Assembly: GCA_050273025.1 (NCBI GenBank)
Contig: CP158635.1
Location: 19,902,001 to 19,966,000 of the forward strand
Length of the DNA: 64,000 nucleotides
Direction of reading: 5' to 3'
Source: Cenococcum geophilum
Taxonomy: Eukaryota
Shown: one piece after another, positions 36,819-50,200 of the stretch
Layout of the letters: every line of letters starts with the position of its first letter
Position numbering within the stretch: the first letter of the stretch is position 1
The notes under the pieces: generated by a model
Database searches by the model: none
Seen by the model: only the letters and a program-made list of their open reading frames with translations
Told to the model about the DNA's origin: nothing
Position numbers and translations under genes: made by a program

Positions 36819-37430
36819 ATACCTAAAGCTTCTTCTTCTTCTTTAACTCTTTATTATGCGCGTACAGTCTCGTCTATACTATCGCTTAGTAAGATAATGC
36901 CGTCTCTATATTCTTATTATGCAAAAGAGGGGTTAGTTTATATTACGCTAGCAAGTCCTTTATCTTAGCAACTGTCCTCTTATTTAGAGTGTACTAAAGC
37001 AAATATTTAATCGCTTTGCGATATTTATTCTATTTCTAACGCTAAATATACGCGTCCTATTACTCTTAATAGTCTTTAAGTTCCCTAAGTAATTTATTAT
37101 AGGGTCTTATATTTAATCTGCTGCTGCAAAGCTTAATAATAAACTATCCGTTACTCTAGCGGAACTTCATTATTCTTATAACGCTAAAAAGGAGGCTGCT
37201 AATACTTAATAACGTGCCCTTAATTCTCATCTTACTGCGTCCACTCAGTTAATCCGTCTTAAGAAGGTGCGTAAGAAGGTTTATTCTAAAGAGTGGAAAC
37301 TTATAAAATAAGGTTTACAGGAACTTGGTAATAAAAGAACGGATTCTCTTCTAATAGAGAAGGAAACAACTCCAAGTAGTTCGGCAATTAATCCTCTTAG
37401 GTCCCCCTTAGGTAACTTATTCTTTAGCGA
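36819..37430 (+). pseudogene. Antisense accessory gene of the gypsy element (second copy): putative Zn2Cys6-like cluster plus coiled coil; putative intron 37048-37102 (end approximate)
   Basis: Reads (M)PKASSSSLTL..ARTVSSILSL..IMPSL-Y-SY-Y-AKEGLV-Y-ITLASP.S*Q.SS-Y-.E-C-TKANI*SL-C-DI. After the putative intron a helical segment follows (...AAKL...LSVTLAELR...LIRLKKVRKK...KEWKL...GLQEL). Confidence 0.6.
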
Positions 37431-40400
37431 TTCTTCTTTATTATTGCTTCCTGACCTATTTTCTTCTAATACTCCTATACCTTTCCTATAGCGTTCTTTA
37501 GGTTTTTCAGTGGCTCCCAGGTAGTCTTATCGTAGCCTATCCACTTTACTTTATACTATATTTTATTGTTAACGTCCTTATAGCTAACGATCTTTAAAAC
37601 TTACTATTTGTCCTCTTCCTATTCTCTATACGTGTCTGCTTTATAAACTAGTGGCTTAATATTTCCGTATGCTAGCTTTAGCATTACGATATACTATATA
37701 GAGTAGATCTTTATCTTAGCTAGTAGGTTTAACTTAAATATAACCAGTGAAATTCTTTATATAATTTCAAAAGGTCCTAGTCTAACGTAGTCTAACTTCT
37801 TACTTAGTCGTCGACTCTTAAAATTTTTGTATAGTAGCCATACTTTATCTCCCTCCTTAAGATCTGGTCCCTTAGATCTCTTAGCATCATAGTACCTTTT
37901 TATTCTTTACTGTACCACCTTAGCTGTTTCCATAAGGTCTGCATAAAGATTTATTAAATTCTCCATTCTTTACTTAGCTATGCTACTTATCTTCTTTACT
38001 TAATATAGCGATAATAAGGTTCTTAGCTCATATCCGTAATTCGTCTTAAATAGTGACGTACCCATTTCTTCTTATAGTGTTGCATTATATATAAACTATA
38101 TAACTAGCAATAGTAATACCTAATTATTCTATATATGATTAATATAATACCTTAAATACTGTTCTAGTGTCTAGTTTAATCTTTCCGTTTAACCGTCTGT
38201 CTATAGATAATATGCGGTAAAAGTTACTACTTAAACCCCTTACTCTGCTAAGAATACTTCCTAGAATGCTGCTATAAATCTTAAATCTCTATCTAATATA
38301 ATTTTGCTTAGTGCTCTATATCTTATAAATACTTCTTTAATATAGATTCTAGTAACATCTCCCGCTAATATTTCTTCTGTGCATGCTATAAAGTATCCCT
38401 ACTTTATAAGCTTATCTACTATTACTAAAATCGCATCGTGATCTTATCCGGTAATAGGATCTCTTAATTTTAGCAACTTAATAATAAAGTCCCATAATAT
38501 AACCTCCTATAGTCTCTCTAGTATTTTAATAGGTTATAGCCCTCTATATAGCTTATGCCTTATTAGTTTATTCCTTTAGCAATCTAGATATTCCTTTATA
38601 ACTTGTCTTGCTAGTCCCCAAATTCCATTAATAATATATTCTTCTTAAAGTCTTAACACTAAGCCTATAGCTCTATTATGTCCTTAAGTTAGTCCTTCGT
38701 AAAATAACTTAACAAACTCCTTCGCGATAGATCTCGGCACGTACGTTACTTCTCGATTTTCGTACTGCTCTAAGTCTAGATCCTCCACCTATACTTCTTA
38801 GATCTTTTACGTCCATTCACTCTTTAGTAATTTATAGATCTTTTCTTCTCGTGTTGCTATAATCTTCGGATAATTATATTTAATTAACTTATCTGTGTCT
38901 CTCTGTAACAAAGCCCCTAATAGCTTCTTATCATTTTATAATTTAGCCTTTCTGCTTAAAGCATCTGCTCATGCATTATCTGTACCCTTAGTATACTAAA
39001 TCTTAAAATAGTATTCTATAAGCATCTCTACCCATCTAACCTATCTTCGGTTGAGTTCCTTCGTCGTTAGGAATCCTATTAGGTTCTTATAATCCGTCTT
39101 AACCATAAATAGCTTTTCTATGCCTTGTAAGAATGCTCTTCATTCCTAAAGTGCTGCAACTATATCTAACAACTCCTTATTATAGATGTTATAGTTTAGT
39201 TCTAGTAGTGTTATCTTTCAACTATAGTATGCCACTAGGTGCCATCCGTCTTTATATTTCTATAGGAAGTACGCCCCTAGTACAAAGTCTAATACATCCA
39301 TCTCAACCACTGTCTTTAACTTTAGTTAGTAGATCTTAAGGATTAGTTCCTAAGTAAACAACTCCTTAACCTCTTTAAATAACTTTTTTTACTCTTTTCC
39401 CTATATCTAAGGTTCCTCTTTCTTTATTAACCTTATAAATAGCTCGATGTTCTTTAACTATTAAGCTATAAACCTTCTACAGTAATTGCAAACCCCTAGG
39501 AATGACCTCAACTATATTACATTCTCTGGTTCTTGCCAATTCACTATAGCCTCGATCTTCTTTAGATCTATACTAAGTTGGCCTAATTTAATAATAAATC
39601 TAACAAAATCTGTCTTCCTTATAAAGAACTTGCATTTCTCAATTACTACTAGCATCTATTCTTTATATAGTCTCTTTAAGACCCATTTAACGTATTCCCT
39701 ATACTTTTCCTCACTTATTAAGTAGATAATAATATCGTTAAGGTATACTATAACAAATTCATCCAAGTATTTTCTTAATACATTGTTAATACGCTTCTAA
39801 AACGTTGCTAGTGCGTTTATAAGCCTAAATTGCATAACTAATGGCTTATATAGTCCTTCCTTTAACCTAAAGGCTGCCTTCTATTTATCGCCTTCCTTAA
39901 TCCTAATCTAATAGTACGCCTATCTTAGATCTATCTTCGTAAAGATTTGCGCATTACCTATCCTATCTTAAATTTCGCTAATTAAGGGTAAAGGATACCT
40001 ATCCTTTCTAGTGATGCTGTTTAACTGTCTATAGTTAATATATAGCCTAAGTTTTCTATTCTTCTTTGGTACGAACAGTACTGGATATCCTGCTAATAAT
40101 TATAATAGTCTAATATATCCCTTTCATAAGTTCTTCTAGATAAACTCTTTAAGCGCTCTACCTTCTTCTTTAGTAAGCTTATAGATTGGAAAGAACCTTA
40201 GACTTATTCCTAGTTCTAACTCTATCTTATAGTCCTATGCTATATACTCTAATAGCTTTTCACTTTCTAGTAACTATAACTTTTTGCCATATTTATGGTA
40301 TCTCTTTAGTATATAGGACAACCCTTTCTTAGTTTCTTTATATATCGCTCCAACCTAATACCATACTATCTTAGTTTATTATCGCATCTTACGTCGTTAT

Positions 40401-43400
40401 ATATCCCTAATATCGACCTAACCTATAACCCAATCGATCTTTAGATTATATTCCTGTAACCAAGGTATTCCTAACACTGCCTTATCATTTCCCAATAGTA
40501 ATATATCGAAAGACATCTTAATTTGTCTTCCTTTAATAGTTAACTAAATAGGTCCTGTTTTAAGATTAATAATACCTCCTCCGTAGGCTATTAGATCTCC
40601 TAAAATTATTACTAACAGGTAAAGGTGCTCCTTTTATCTATATAGTAGCCCTATCTTTTTAACTGCTGCTAGTAATATATGGTTCCTTATTACTTTACTA
40701 TCTACTAATACTTTAAACTGTTAATCTTGCTAATTAACTTATAAATTTAGGTATTGTCCTTAAATTCCTTTAAAGGTCTAAGGCTCTACCACTAGCTCCC
40801 TCTAGTCCTATAGGCCTCTACTTTTCCTAACTATTGGCTACTTAATCCTATCTATACTTAGTCCAACTTAGGCCAATACTTAGTTTGCTTCTTTTCTTTA
40901 ATATACCATAAATAGGTGTTTTCTAGACATTCCTACCATTATTATCCATCTAGGCATTCTTCCGTAAGGAATCTTCCTAGTTAAAGTATTAAGTCCCCTT
41001 ATTCTTAAACTTCTACTAGGTGCTAACCATATATATACTTAACATTTCGATATTTCGCCTCGTCCGTCATCCAATACATCCTTATTAAATACTTCCGATT
41101 TTTGTCCTTAGGTGTCTTATACATATTACACGCATTATCCACATATGCTATCCACAATAGTATATAATGCGCCTAGTGTCTTAGGTTAACTCTTGGCTCA
41201 TCTTTATCCTTAAGTTTAAACCTTTCACATGTTAATCTAAGCGTTATAACTTCATTTACAGGTACTAAGATTCGTTTTTTACTTCTCTAGCCCTCTAATT
41301 ACTTCTCTAGATCCTTTAACGTTATAATTAAGGCTCCCTTAATATAAGTTATAGCCTTTTCTATAATCGGGTGGTCTTAGACAACTTTTTCGTCCAGCTA
41401 TATATAGAAATCTTCCCACTCGTTATTATGTCTTTGCCTATACCACTTTTAGTACAGCTCCTTAAGTGTATACGGTCTATCCGTAAGAAAGTATTTTCTT
41501 ATTACTGCGTTATAACATCCTTTTATATGTCATTCCTTAAATCTAGTTAAAATCCCTAGATCCTCTTCTTATTCCAGTTTAATAAGCCACTTAGCTCTTA
41601 GTATGCCTACTCTTAGCCTATTAGTGACCTTTTATATAAATACTCTATCCCTTATACGTCCCAATATGCTAAATCTTATATCTAGTTTCTGTTCTTACCA
41701 TATAGTAATTCTTGCTTTAAATTCTGCTATAGTTTCTTTCTATTTACGTCTCGCGAGTAGATCCTTAAAGTTATCTTACTTCTTAATCTCGGTATCAACT
41801 TTTTAATCTTCAGGCTAAACACTGTGTTCCCCTAGTAAGTCCTCTAGGTCTATATATTTGTCTCCCAATCTAGTTACTATTTATATCACAGATTCTCTAA
41901 TCCATAGCGAAGTTTCTTACTTTATGCCTATGGGTGTCCTTATTTATACTCCAAATTTTTAGTTCCCTAGGATCCTTAATCCTAAGCTGGCTTCTAACTT
42001 AAGCTTTGCTCCTACCTTAGTCCAACTAGGCTTAGGTATTCTCATCTCGTCTTAAGAGTCTTAAATCTTACTCATCTCATCTTAAGAGTCTTGTGCCGTT
42101 AGGAACACTTATCCTGAGCTCATTCATATGTTCTTAAACTAAGCTACTGCCCTACTCCATCAGTTTTCGTCTATTATAGGTCCTTAGGTATACCTTATCT
42201 CATCTTAAGAATCTTAGTCGTCTTTTATCTCGTCTTAAGAATCTTAAGCCTTTAGCCTTTTGCCTTTATCAAGTAGTAAGCTAGCACTAGTAGTCGTCTA
42301 CTTGCTTAATCGTCTTTAGATATTACTCCTTCCGTCTTATAAAGCGATGGATACCATATCCAACGGTATTATAATGCCTATTACTAAACCTTACTCTATA
42401 GCGGTCTCAGTCTCTACTTCTATTGCGTTATTAAGGTTCGGATACCCCCAGTTAGTTCCTTTACTATCCTCATCACTATTAATTAATAAGTACTCTAACT
42501 CCATTATTATTATAGCTAATCTTTATCCGCACATTGCTGTAATATCTTAATCCAGCTTATAAAGTTGATCTTATTCTTTATCTAACTCTTTAATTCCTTT
42601 AAGTCCTCTTAACTCTAGCTCTTATAGCCAATAGCTTGCACCATACTTAGCGTCTTTATAAATTCAGTATATGTTGTTATAACAAAACGCAAAACTTCTA
42701 ATTAAATACTCTTTTGTTCCCCACAGTACACTATTATCCCTCTATACGTGTGTGTCACATACTATTAGTCTAATTCCCTTTACCGCATAGTAATTCTAAC
42801 CACTTCTACAGTCTCTAGCAAAATAACCCTATTTTCTACAATTTATATAAGCTCCGTCTTTAAACCATTGCTTTTACTATAGAGTCCGCTTAAACGTCTT
42901 CTACTACTAAGATCCTTAGTTTAGCCTATGCTCCTTAGTCCTATAATTACTTAATCCTTAACCTCTAGGTTTCTATAGTTTCTTACTCTATCTCTTATAG
43001 GCTTCTTTAGTACCACTTAGGTCCATTAGCTCTGCGCCATACCATAGTTTCTAACTTAGCTTTTATTACTGCGTACTCTGCGTCTTATACAACTATAGAA
43101 CTCTATCCTAACCTCTCTTAGTCTGTTCCCTTTAGAAGATCCTATTATTAATCTTAATCGCTTAATCAATTAATTCCCTTAGGGTGTCCGTATCTTCTAT
43201 CAAAATAATTACGTCCTAGACTTTAGCCTTAAGTCCCTGTTTATACTATGCCATAAGCGCCCTGTTATTCCACTTAACTTATATCGCTAACGTTTGGAAC
43301 TACGTTATATATTTAATTGCTAAGGTTCGCTGCGTAATGTCTTAGAGTTTTCTTTTTACTATAGTCGTCGCCTCCAGGTCTCTAAATATCTACGTAAGTC

Positions 43401-43894
43401 GTTCTACAAATCCATTCTAGCTTAAGAACATAAGCTATACTTCCTAGTTTATTGTCGTCATTCCGTTTACTTGTATCTCTATAAGGTAAAGCTTAAACCA
43501 TTTAAGTGCTCTTCCTAATAAGAACAATCCTATATACGCTATTTGATCTATAGGTATTGCCAGCTTTACTCCCTCTTACGCAACCTTCAAGTGCATTTAC
43601 ATAAGGAATCCTTTAAGCTTTAATCTCTCTCCTAAGAATCTTTTAATTAATGGTAACTTAACCTTTACTACTTCTATCCCGTTAATCCTTTGTTTAAGTG
43701 CCGTATTATTTTCCATTAATTAGTTAACTATTTCCTATAATTACCCTACTATTACAGGCTGTTGCGAGTTAGTGTCTGCTATACTAGTGTCGTTACCTAA
43801 TCTTAAAGTAGTTGCCGCCGTCAATAACGTTGTAGTGGCTGCTTTTAGTGGCATATTATTCGACTTCTTAAAACCGTAACTATAGTAGTAATTG

Positions 43895-44314
43895 TGTAAC
43901 AAAACCTTGTAGTAGATACTACGGTAGGCTCGTTAATAGGCTAGGTATATAGGTATTAAAGAAAGTCAACAACGTAATAATAACTGGTGGAGTAGTTGCC
44001 CAATAGATTAACTCTAATTATATTCTAAGAATTACTACAAGGAAGGAACTATCTAGGTAGGGATTAAGGGTCCTTAAATACACAACTATACTCCTATAAA
44101 AGTCGTTACTCTATCTACTCTATCTACTCTATTCGCTCTATTATAGATCTCGCAGATTACATAGATTACACAGATCACATCATGTGACCTTGCTTACCAT
44201 TCCTCGTCATATGGTTCCACGGGTTCCATCCTAAACCGTGCCTGTATTAACTAACTAGCTTCCTCCAACTCTTCTCCAAGTAGTCGTAATATTGTACTTA
44301 AAGCGTCCATAACA
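43895..44314 (-). repeat. gypsy 5' LTR (420 bp)
   Basis: Direct repeat of 36291-36710. Confidence 0.93.
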
Positions 44315-46623
44315 TTAATAGCTACTGGTTAAAAGTCTTTAGGAGCTAAGAAGTTAAAAAAGCGGAGGTCCGATTAGCTTAATTAACTAGGCACTATTAA
44401 TTATATCTCTAATACTTCTATTAGTAAGAGCGGCGAGAGTGTACGACCTAGGAAGTAATAAAGGTTACCTACTTCCCGGAGGACTACGCCTTTTAGCTCT
44501 TTTACCTTTAGCCTTAACGATAGTAACGGTATTAAGGATCGAGTGGTCTCTACTGCGCGGCCTACTAGCCCCTCCCCCCGGCACTATATATCTCCTTACA
44601 ATACTAAACTACTAAAATATAGGGCTAATAATAGTTGTAATTATATCCTAGACGATCTTATAAACGGCTTAGCTAAAGAAAGCAATAATAAGAATGGCGA
44701 GAACGTTATAAATAAAGGTAAGGCCGAGAACTATAGCGATGGAAGTGATAATAGTAATAATACGGATAATAACGACTCTGGGGACGGTAATAGCAGCAAT
44801 AGCAATAAGGGTAATAAGGCCTATAGGTGTATAGGGCGACGAGGATTCCTAACCCTTATTACTAGTTAATTAAAGGCAAAGCATGCTGCGAAGCATTATC
44901 CCTAGCGGTCTTACTATTCCCCTTTAATTTTATCCACGTATACGTCTAACTAAAGCACTACGCTTACTAGTAATTATTGTAAGCGGGTTATATACCCTAT
45001 ATATAATTACCTCTATACCCAAAAACCGCTATTAAGCCCTATCTCTAGCTCTAACTCTAATAAAGTAATACTAGGAGCCGCCTTAAATGCTAATTTAGAA
45101 GAAATTTTAATCTAAGCAGCTTTTAGGCGCTAGAAAGACGGGTTATATATACTAGATATCCTTCCTTAACAATTCCCTTTACCTTTTAATCTAATTAAGT
45201 AGCCCTAGGAGCTAAAGCCCTAAGGGCTAAAGTTTAGAATAAATTTTACTAAAGAGGAAGACGCGCTACCTATTAAATTAAAGGAGGGATATAATCTTTT
45301 ATGGGAATAGATTAAAGACCGCTTTTTAAAGAGAAGTTTTAGATTACTATAGGCGCATTATTATTTAAAATTAAAGGCCTAGCCTACTGTGCAGAAAAAA
45401 AGGGCCGGCCTATTAGGCGGAAGAGATAGTAATAATAGTAGTGCCCTTCTTTTAGCTTAGAGGTCTATTTTTTATTATATATTCTATTTCTAGCTTAATC
45501 TGTTTATAGCGCACTTCTTTTAGCTTAAAGGTCTATTTCCTATTATATATTCCATTTCTAGCTTAATCTATTTATAGCGCATTTCCTATTATATAAGGGC
45601 TGTATAAAAAGATCCGTAAGAGCATTACTTTTTTAAGGGCGGTAAGTAAGAGCCACTTATTACTACTTATAACGCTATAGACAATAGAGAATGCAAGGCT
45701 AAAACTATATTTACGGCTTGGCCAGCCAATTCAAATTACGTAACACAGCTAAAACTAAGCGATAGTCCGAATAATATAAAGTCGGGCGTTAATAATTGAT
45801 TAACTTATATATATAACGTAAAGGCGCATAAACTGGCTATAGTTAATTTACCTTATAAATAAGAACGAGCTATAAGAATCCAATCCTTAAAGATATTTTA
45901 GTTAGTAAAGGGGCTATATATATCTGGTAACTCTAATCTCCTAGACTACGGCTAATATATAGCTAAAATGCGCATTATAGCGGACGCCTTACCTATTATT
46001 TGGCTGGTGGCCTTATTATATACGTAATGTTCTACGCTAGAAAGCTTTAATAGTGGGGTAAGGTAAATCCGGCCGCAGCTTAGCCCAGAAGGTAGCCACT
46101 TAGTAATTATTTTATATAAGCATACGCTATTAAAATGCATAACATCACGGACGCCTTACCTGTTTTACTGCCTAATAGACTAATATATTTACGTGACATT
46201 TACTGTATTAAAAAAAGCTAAATAGGGTAATGGATTTTTTCAGCGGCGTAAAATAGGCGGCTATTTACCTAAATAATTCTCGCTAATAAATGTCCTGTTA
46301 GGCACTAACGTCTAAGCAGTTATACGCTTTATTATCTTAACGATATATTTCTATTTCCGCAAGTCCTTTCTTCTACCTTACTAAGCGCCTATAGTATAGT
46401 TTTATTAAGGTCGCAGTGCGCTTAAACTTACGGTCCTCTATACTCCTGCCTGCTCTATTTACTATAACCTATAAGTTATAGGTAAATATTAACCAAGCTA
46501 CCCCATCCTTAGCTATAAGTAGGCTAATAGGTCTTTACGCGAATTATAGCCTTCCTAGCTGTCTTAGTACGTTATCCGCTAAAAGTACGCCTAATTTTAA
46601 CGCCTATTACCCTTCTTCCCTTA

Positions 46624-46774
46624 TCCCTTAACCCGCCGAGTTACGTCCATCTGTTATCGATAAGGGTTTAGCCAATCAGATCAATAGGATCAAGGCTCCG
46701 TGACCATACGCGTAGTTTTGATTCTGGTGTTCCGCACGGACCATCTACTAGATGGACGCCGGCGGGTTAAGGGA
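46624..46774. mobile_element. MITE (151 bp) with terminal inverted repeats, TA-flanked
   Basis: TATCCCTTAACCCGCCG (46622-46638) is the exact reverse complement of CGGCGGGTTAAGGGATA (46760-46776). An inner arm CGTCCATCT/AGATGGACG extends the stem. Confidence 0.8.
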
Positions 46775-47849
46775 TACCGCGCGTCTTTAGCCATACGTTA
46801 GGTAACCTTTTTTAGCTTTATACGGATATAAGGCACTCTAGGGTTATAAAAATTAAACACGTTATAGCCAAAGTAAGTACTAAAATGGGCCATTTTATTT
46901 ACTGTATATCGTTTTTAGCTACTAATATTATATTGGAAATAGTAGCTCTTGCTTTATAAAAGCGCATACTTAAATTAAGTCGTCTAACTAAAATACCATC
47001 GCTATTCATCGAGCCCTCTCTTTATAAACTAAGTTATAGCCAAGTTATAGAGGACCTAGAAAGGATATATATTTAGGCTAGAGGAATTTTCTTAACATTA
47101 GGTAGATCTGCGCCGGACGCCTAATATACTATTAGAAGTCCTTAACTATATCTAGAGAGGTATAGATATTTAAACTCTTTTAATACCTATTTAAAGCCAA
47201 CCTATAATTATACTTAGAGTGGAGCTAAAGCGCTTAAAGGAGAGGCCGAATATATAAACGGGAAGATATTTAGAGAGGTAGATTATAATAAAAAGATAAT
47301 TGGGAAGGGTAAATTAATTTAGGTCTATAATCCAAAAGCAGATATAAGCTCCGCGCTATACTAGAAATATAAAAACCCCTCTGAAGACGCTATAAGTAAT
47401 ATTCCTGCTAGTTATAAGGTTCGTGTTATAGGAGCCACTATTAAGTTTACCTAGATACTAGCTAGAATTTCTTAATTAGTTACATTCCCTTCTTATAACC
47501 AACTAGCAAGGTTATAAAAATATCTTAACTTAGGTTTTTAGGGGCTAATATAAGTAGGCAGTTTGTTATCAACTTAATACTAAGGTCGCGTTCCTATTTC
47601 TATTATTAGCTACTTTAGATAGCGTTAGAAATAAGGTCGCCTAAGAGTGGGGATTAGGTCAATTAGTGCTTCTACGTATCTATATTTAATTTTTATAGTA
47701 AATATTATTAACCGGGTTATATAAACGAGCGTTCCTTTTTACTTATACCTACTTACCGCTATTATACCTCTATCTTAGCTATAAGCTTTAATTTTTAGCT
47801 AATTAGTTTTAGTACATAACTGTATAAATGACGCTTAACGTACCCTATA

Positions 47850-48503
47850 ATGACTTTTCGGCTTACTAGCTCTTATTACATTTATACTTTCTATATTATT
47901 CTAAAATATAAATAATCTAGGGGCCTAAAGAGATTAGCTTTATCTACCTATAGAATTAGATTACGTAATGTCTAGATATAGTATCTTATAATCCTTAGTA
48001 AGAGCCTTAAGAGTTAAGGAACTAAAGGAATCTTTACTCTCCTTAATATAATTAAGGAGGCTAACTCTATCCTCTTTAGTTATGCTAGCTATTCTTTATT
48101 TTCCTAAACTAGTAGCATATAGTATAACTAATCTAGGGCTGTAATAGCGTAGAACGTTATATAAGAACTCCTAATAGACCTTAAACGCGCGATCTATTTA
48201 CAGTTTGGTCAGAATCTTAACAGTAATATTAATATGCTTAGAAGCTTAGTTATTTAGGCAATCCCTAATCTTTAGCTTCTTAGCCATCTTATGGAGTTTT
48301 TTATAGTATCCGTTATTCCTATTAAAATAACCTAAAGGTAGTTATAGCTGTCGCTTCCCAATCTCGGCTTCTAATAACGCTATTATATTACGACTTTGCT
48401 AAAGAAGAGTCTCTAACTCCATATTCGTTACTCCTATATATCCTTTTCGCTAAAGGAAGCTATCCCTCTGTTTTATATAAATAGTAATATAGGGAATCTC
48501 CAT
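47850..48503 (-). pseudogene. RIP-eroded hypothetical protein gene (end approximate)
   Basis: Protein-like frame from ATG 48503 (or ~48422), broken only by TAA/TAG: MELETLL*QSRNIIALLEAEIGKRQL...Y*EFLYNVLRYYSPRLVILYATSLGK*RIASITKEDRVSLLNYIKE. Confidence 0.5.
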
Positions 48504-49099
48504 TTTGTAGGTAGCTTAAATTTTCTTTAGAGATACCAGTTAGTAGTTATAAAGATTAGGTAGTAGCCAGAAAAAAGGTATAAATTTTAAATTTGGGGCT
48601 ATAGAAGCGAGAAATATTTTTTAAAATTTTAAAATTTTGTAAAAAAGTATAGAATTTAATAAAGTGCTGTAAATATTCTAAGATATTAGTTATATAGCTA
48701 ATAAAACACCCTACTTATATATAAAGCGGGGGAATTAGGCCCTAACTATTTCGCTAATACGTTACGGCCTTACTAGAGGAGGGTAGTTAGCTTAGCATTT
48801 ACTTCGCTATATCCTTCGCTGCAGCAAATTACAATCCCCTTCCTTTACGTAAAGCGTAATATAGGGAAACTCTATTAAGCAAAGTAAGTAGGTAGCAGAT
48901 AAGTTGCAAGAGTTGGTGCGAAAATAGTAGCTAAAAATAACTGTTAATTCTTAAGAAGTTTCGCCCTAAGTTTAAAAAATTTTAGAAATTTTAGAAATTT
49001 AAGAAATTTTTAGGAACTTTTATAAATTTTGGCTAAGTTTTAAGAAGTTAGTCTAAGTTTTAGCTAAGAACCCCAGCGCTAACGCAAATAGGGTTTACC

Positions 49100-50200
49100 G
49101 CTCTAGCGCTTATACCTAGTGTATATACTCTTTACTTTGATTAAAACATCTACCTAGCACCTATATATTAATTAGAGTAGTCGTATCTCTTTTTACCTTA
49201 GTCTAGTAATTAGAGTTAAGATCCTATATATAAGCTAGCGACGTCTCTATAGCCTAGGTAGAAATGTCCCTAACAGCTTTCCCTAAATTAAGCTCTCCAC
49301 TATATTAGAACGATATTAATATATATAATCTAATATATTCTAGCGTTAATAAGGGAAGGCATTACATAGCTGGAAGAGGGGTGTAGTAAAGATTTATCTA
49401 TAGAATTTATGCAGCCTAGATAGGTGATAAGGTCCTAATTATATTCCTTCCCGTATTGTTTCTAGTTTAAACAACATTAGATAGCTATAAGCCTCTACTA
49501 TATATGCAACTGCGTGTCTACTATATCTCCTTTTATATCGCTCTAGTGCCGGAACTAAAATACCAAATACGAGCTATAGCTCTATTTCTGTAGTTATGGC
49601 GAGACTATATACCTTTACCCAGTTAAGTTCTGTGCCACGTTAGAAGTAATATTAGTATAGCGTCTCCTAGGGTGAATAGGGGGAAGTATTTGCATAGCAT
49701 AAAGCGGGTTTTAGTAAATATTCGCGGTATAGTAGTAGCTTAGGTCCTATTAAAGGGTATAAAAGAAGGCGGGTCTTTTAAAGAAATGATACCATTTATA
49801 CTTAGCTCCTTACTCTAACTTTGTACTTTAAATTAGTATTACGTTACTAAGCTTTACAGAGTAATAATGCTAGTTATATCTAAGCCTGTTACGCCAGCGC
49901 CTTTACTGCCTTATAATAGTATAAACACCCCCCCTAGTAGCCTAAGCTAAACGCATCTATATTATAAGCAGTTAGTGCAGTATATAATTGAAATGCTTGC
50001 AGTTGTATTAAAGATAGTTTAAGCGACTTAACCTTCTCTACCTCCTTTACCTTCTCTACCTCCCTTATCTCCCCCTATAAGTTTAGGGGTTAAAGAGATA
50101 CCCGAAGTAAGAGGTTCTAAGGTTAAAGTTAAGGTGTTAAATAAGATGTATACTCGCGAAATCTCTAAAACATACTTGGAAATACGCTAATATAGCGTTT
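49100..50200 (-). pseudogene. RIP-eroded hypothetical protein gene (limits approximate)
   Basis: Long minus frame interrupted only by TAA/TAG: ...GIISLKDPPSFIPFNRT*ATTIPRIFTKTRFMLCKYFPYSP*ETLY...LVFGILVPALERYKRRYSRHAVAYIVVEAYSYLMLFKLETIREG.... Confidence 0.4.

Larger units (their letters stand above)
36291..44314 (-). mobile_element. Ty3/gypsy element (8024 bp), diverged relative of 20754-28712 in opposite orientation; RIP-inactivated
   Basis: 420-bp LTRs at 36291-36710 and 43895-44314, with perfect TSD TTAAT (36286-90, 44315-19). The internal region is a colinear reverse complement of the 20754-28712 element (gag start ~43854, pol, 3' region). Confidence 0.95.
35930..45430 (+). pseudogene. 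RIP-eroded gene relic with acidic low-complexity tracts, split by the 36291-44314 retrotransposon; product unknown, limits approximate
   Basis: Codon-like D/E/N-rich runs (GAC GAC GAA GCT, GAT AAT AAA, GAT GGA AGT GAT) occur on both sides of the insertion; 44543-44869 remains open. Confidence 0.35.

Noticed and set aside
45440..45590. ~70-bp local tandem duplication
   Set aside because: Real, but an ordinary slippage duplication with no further structure.
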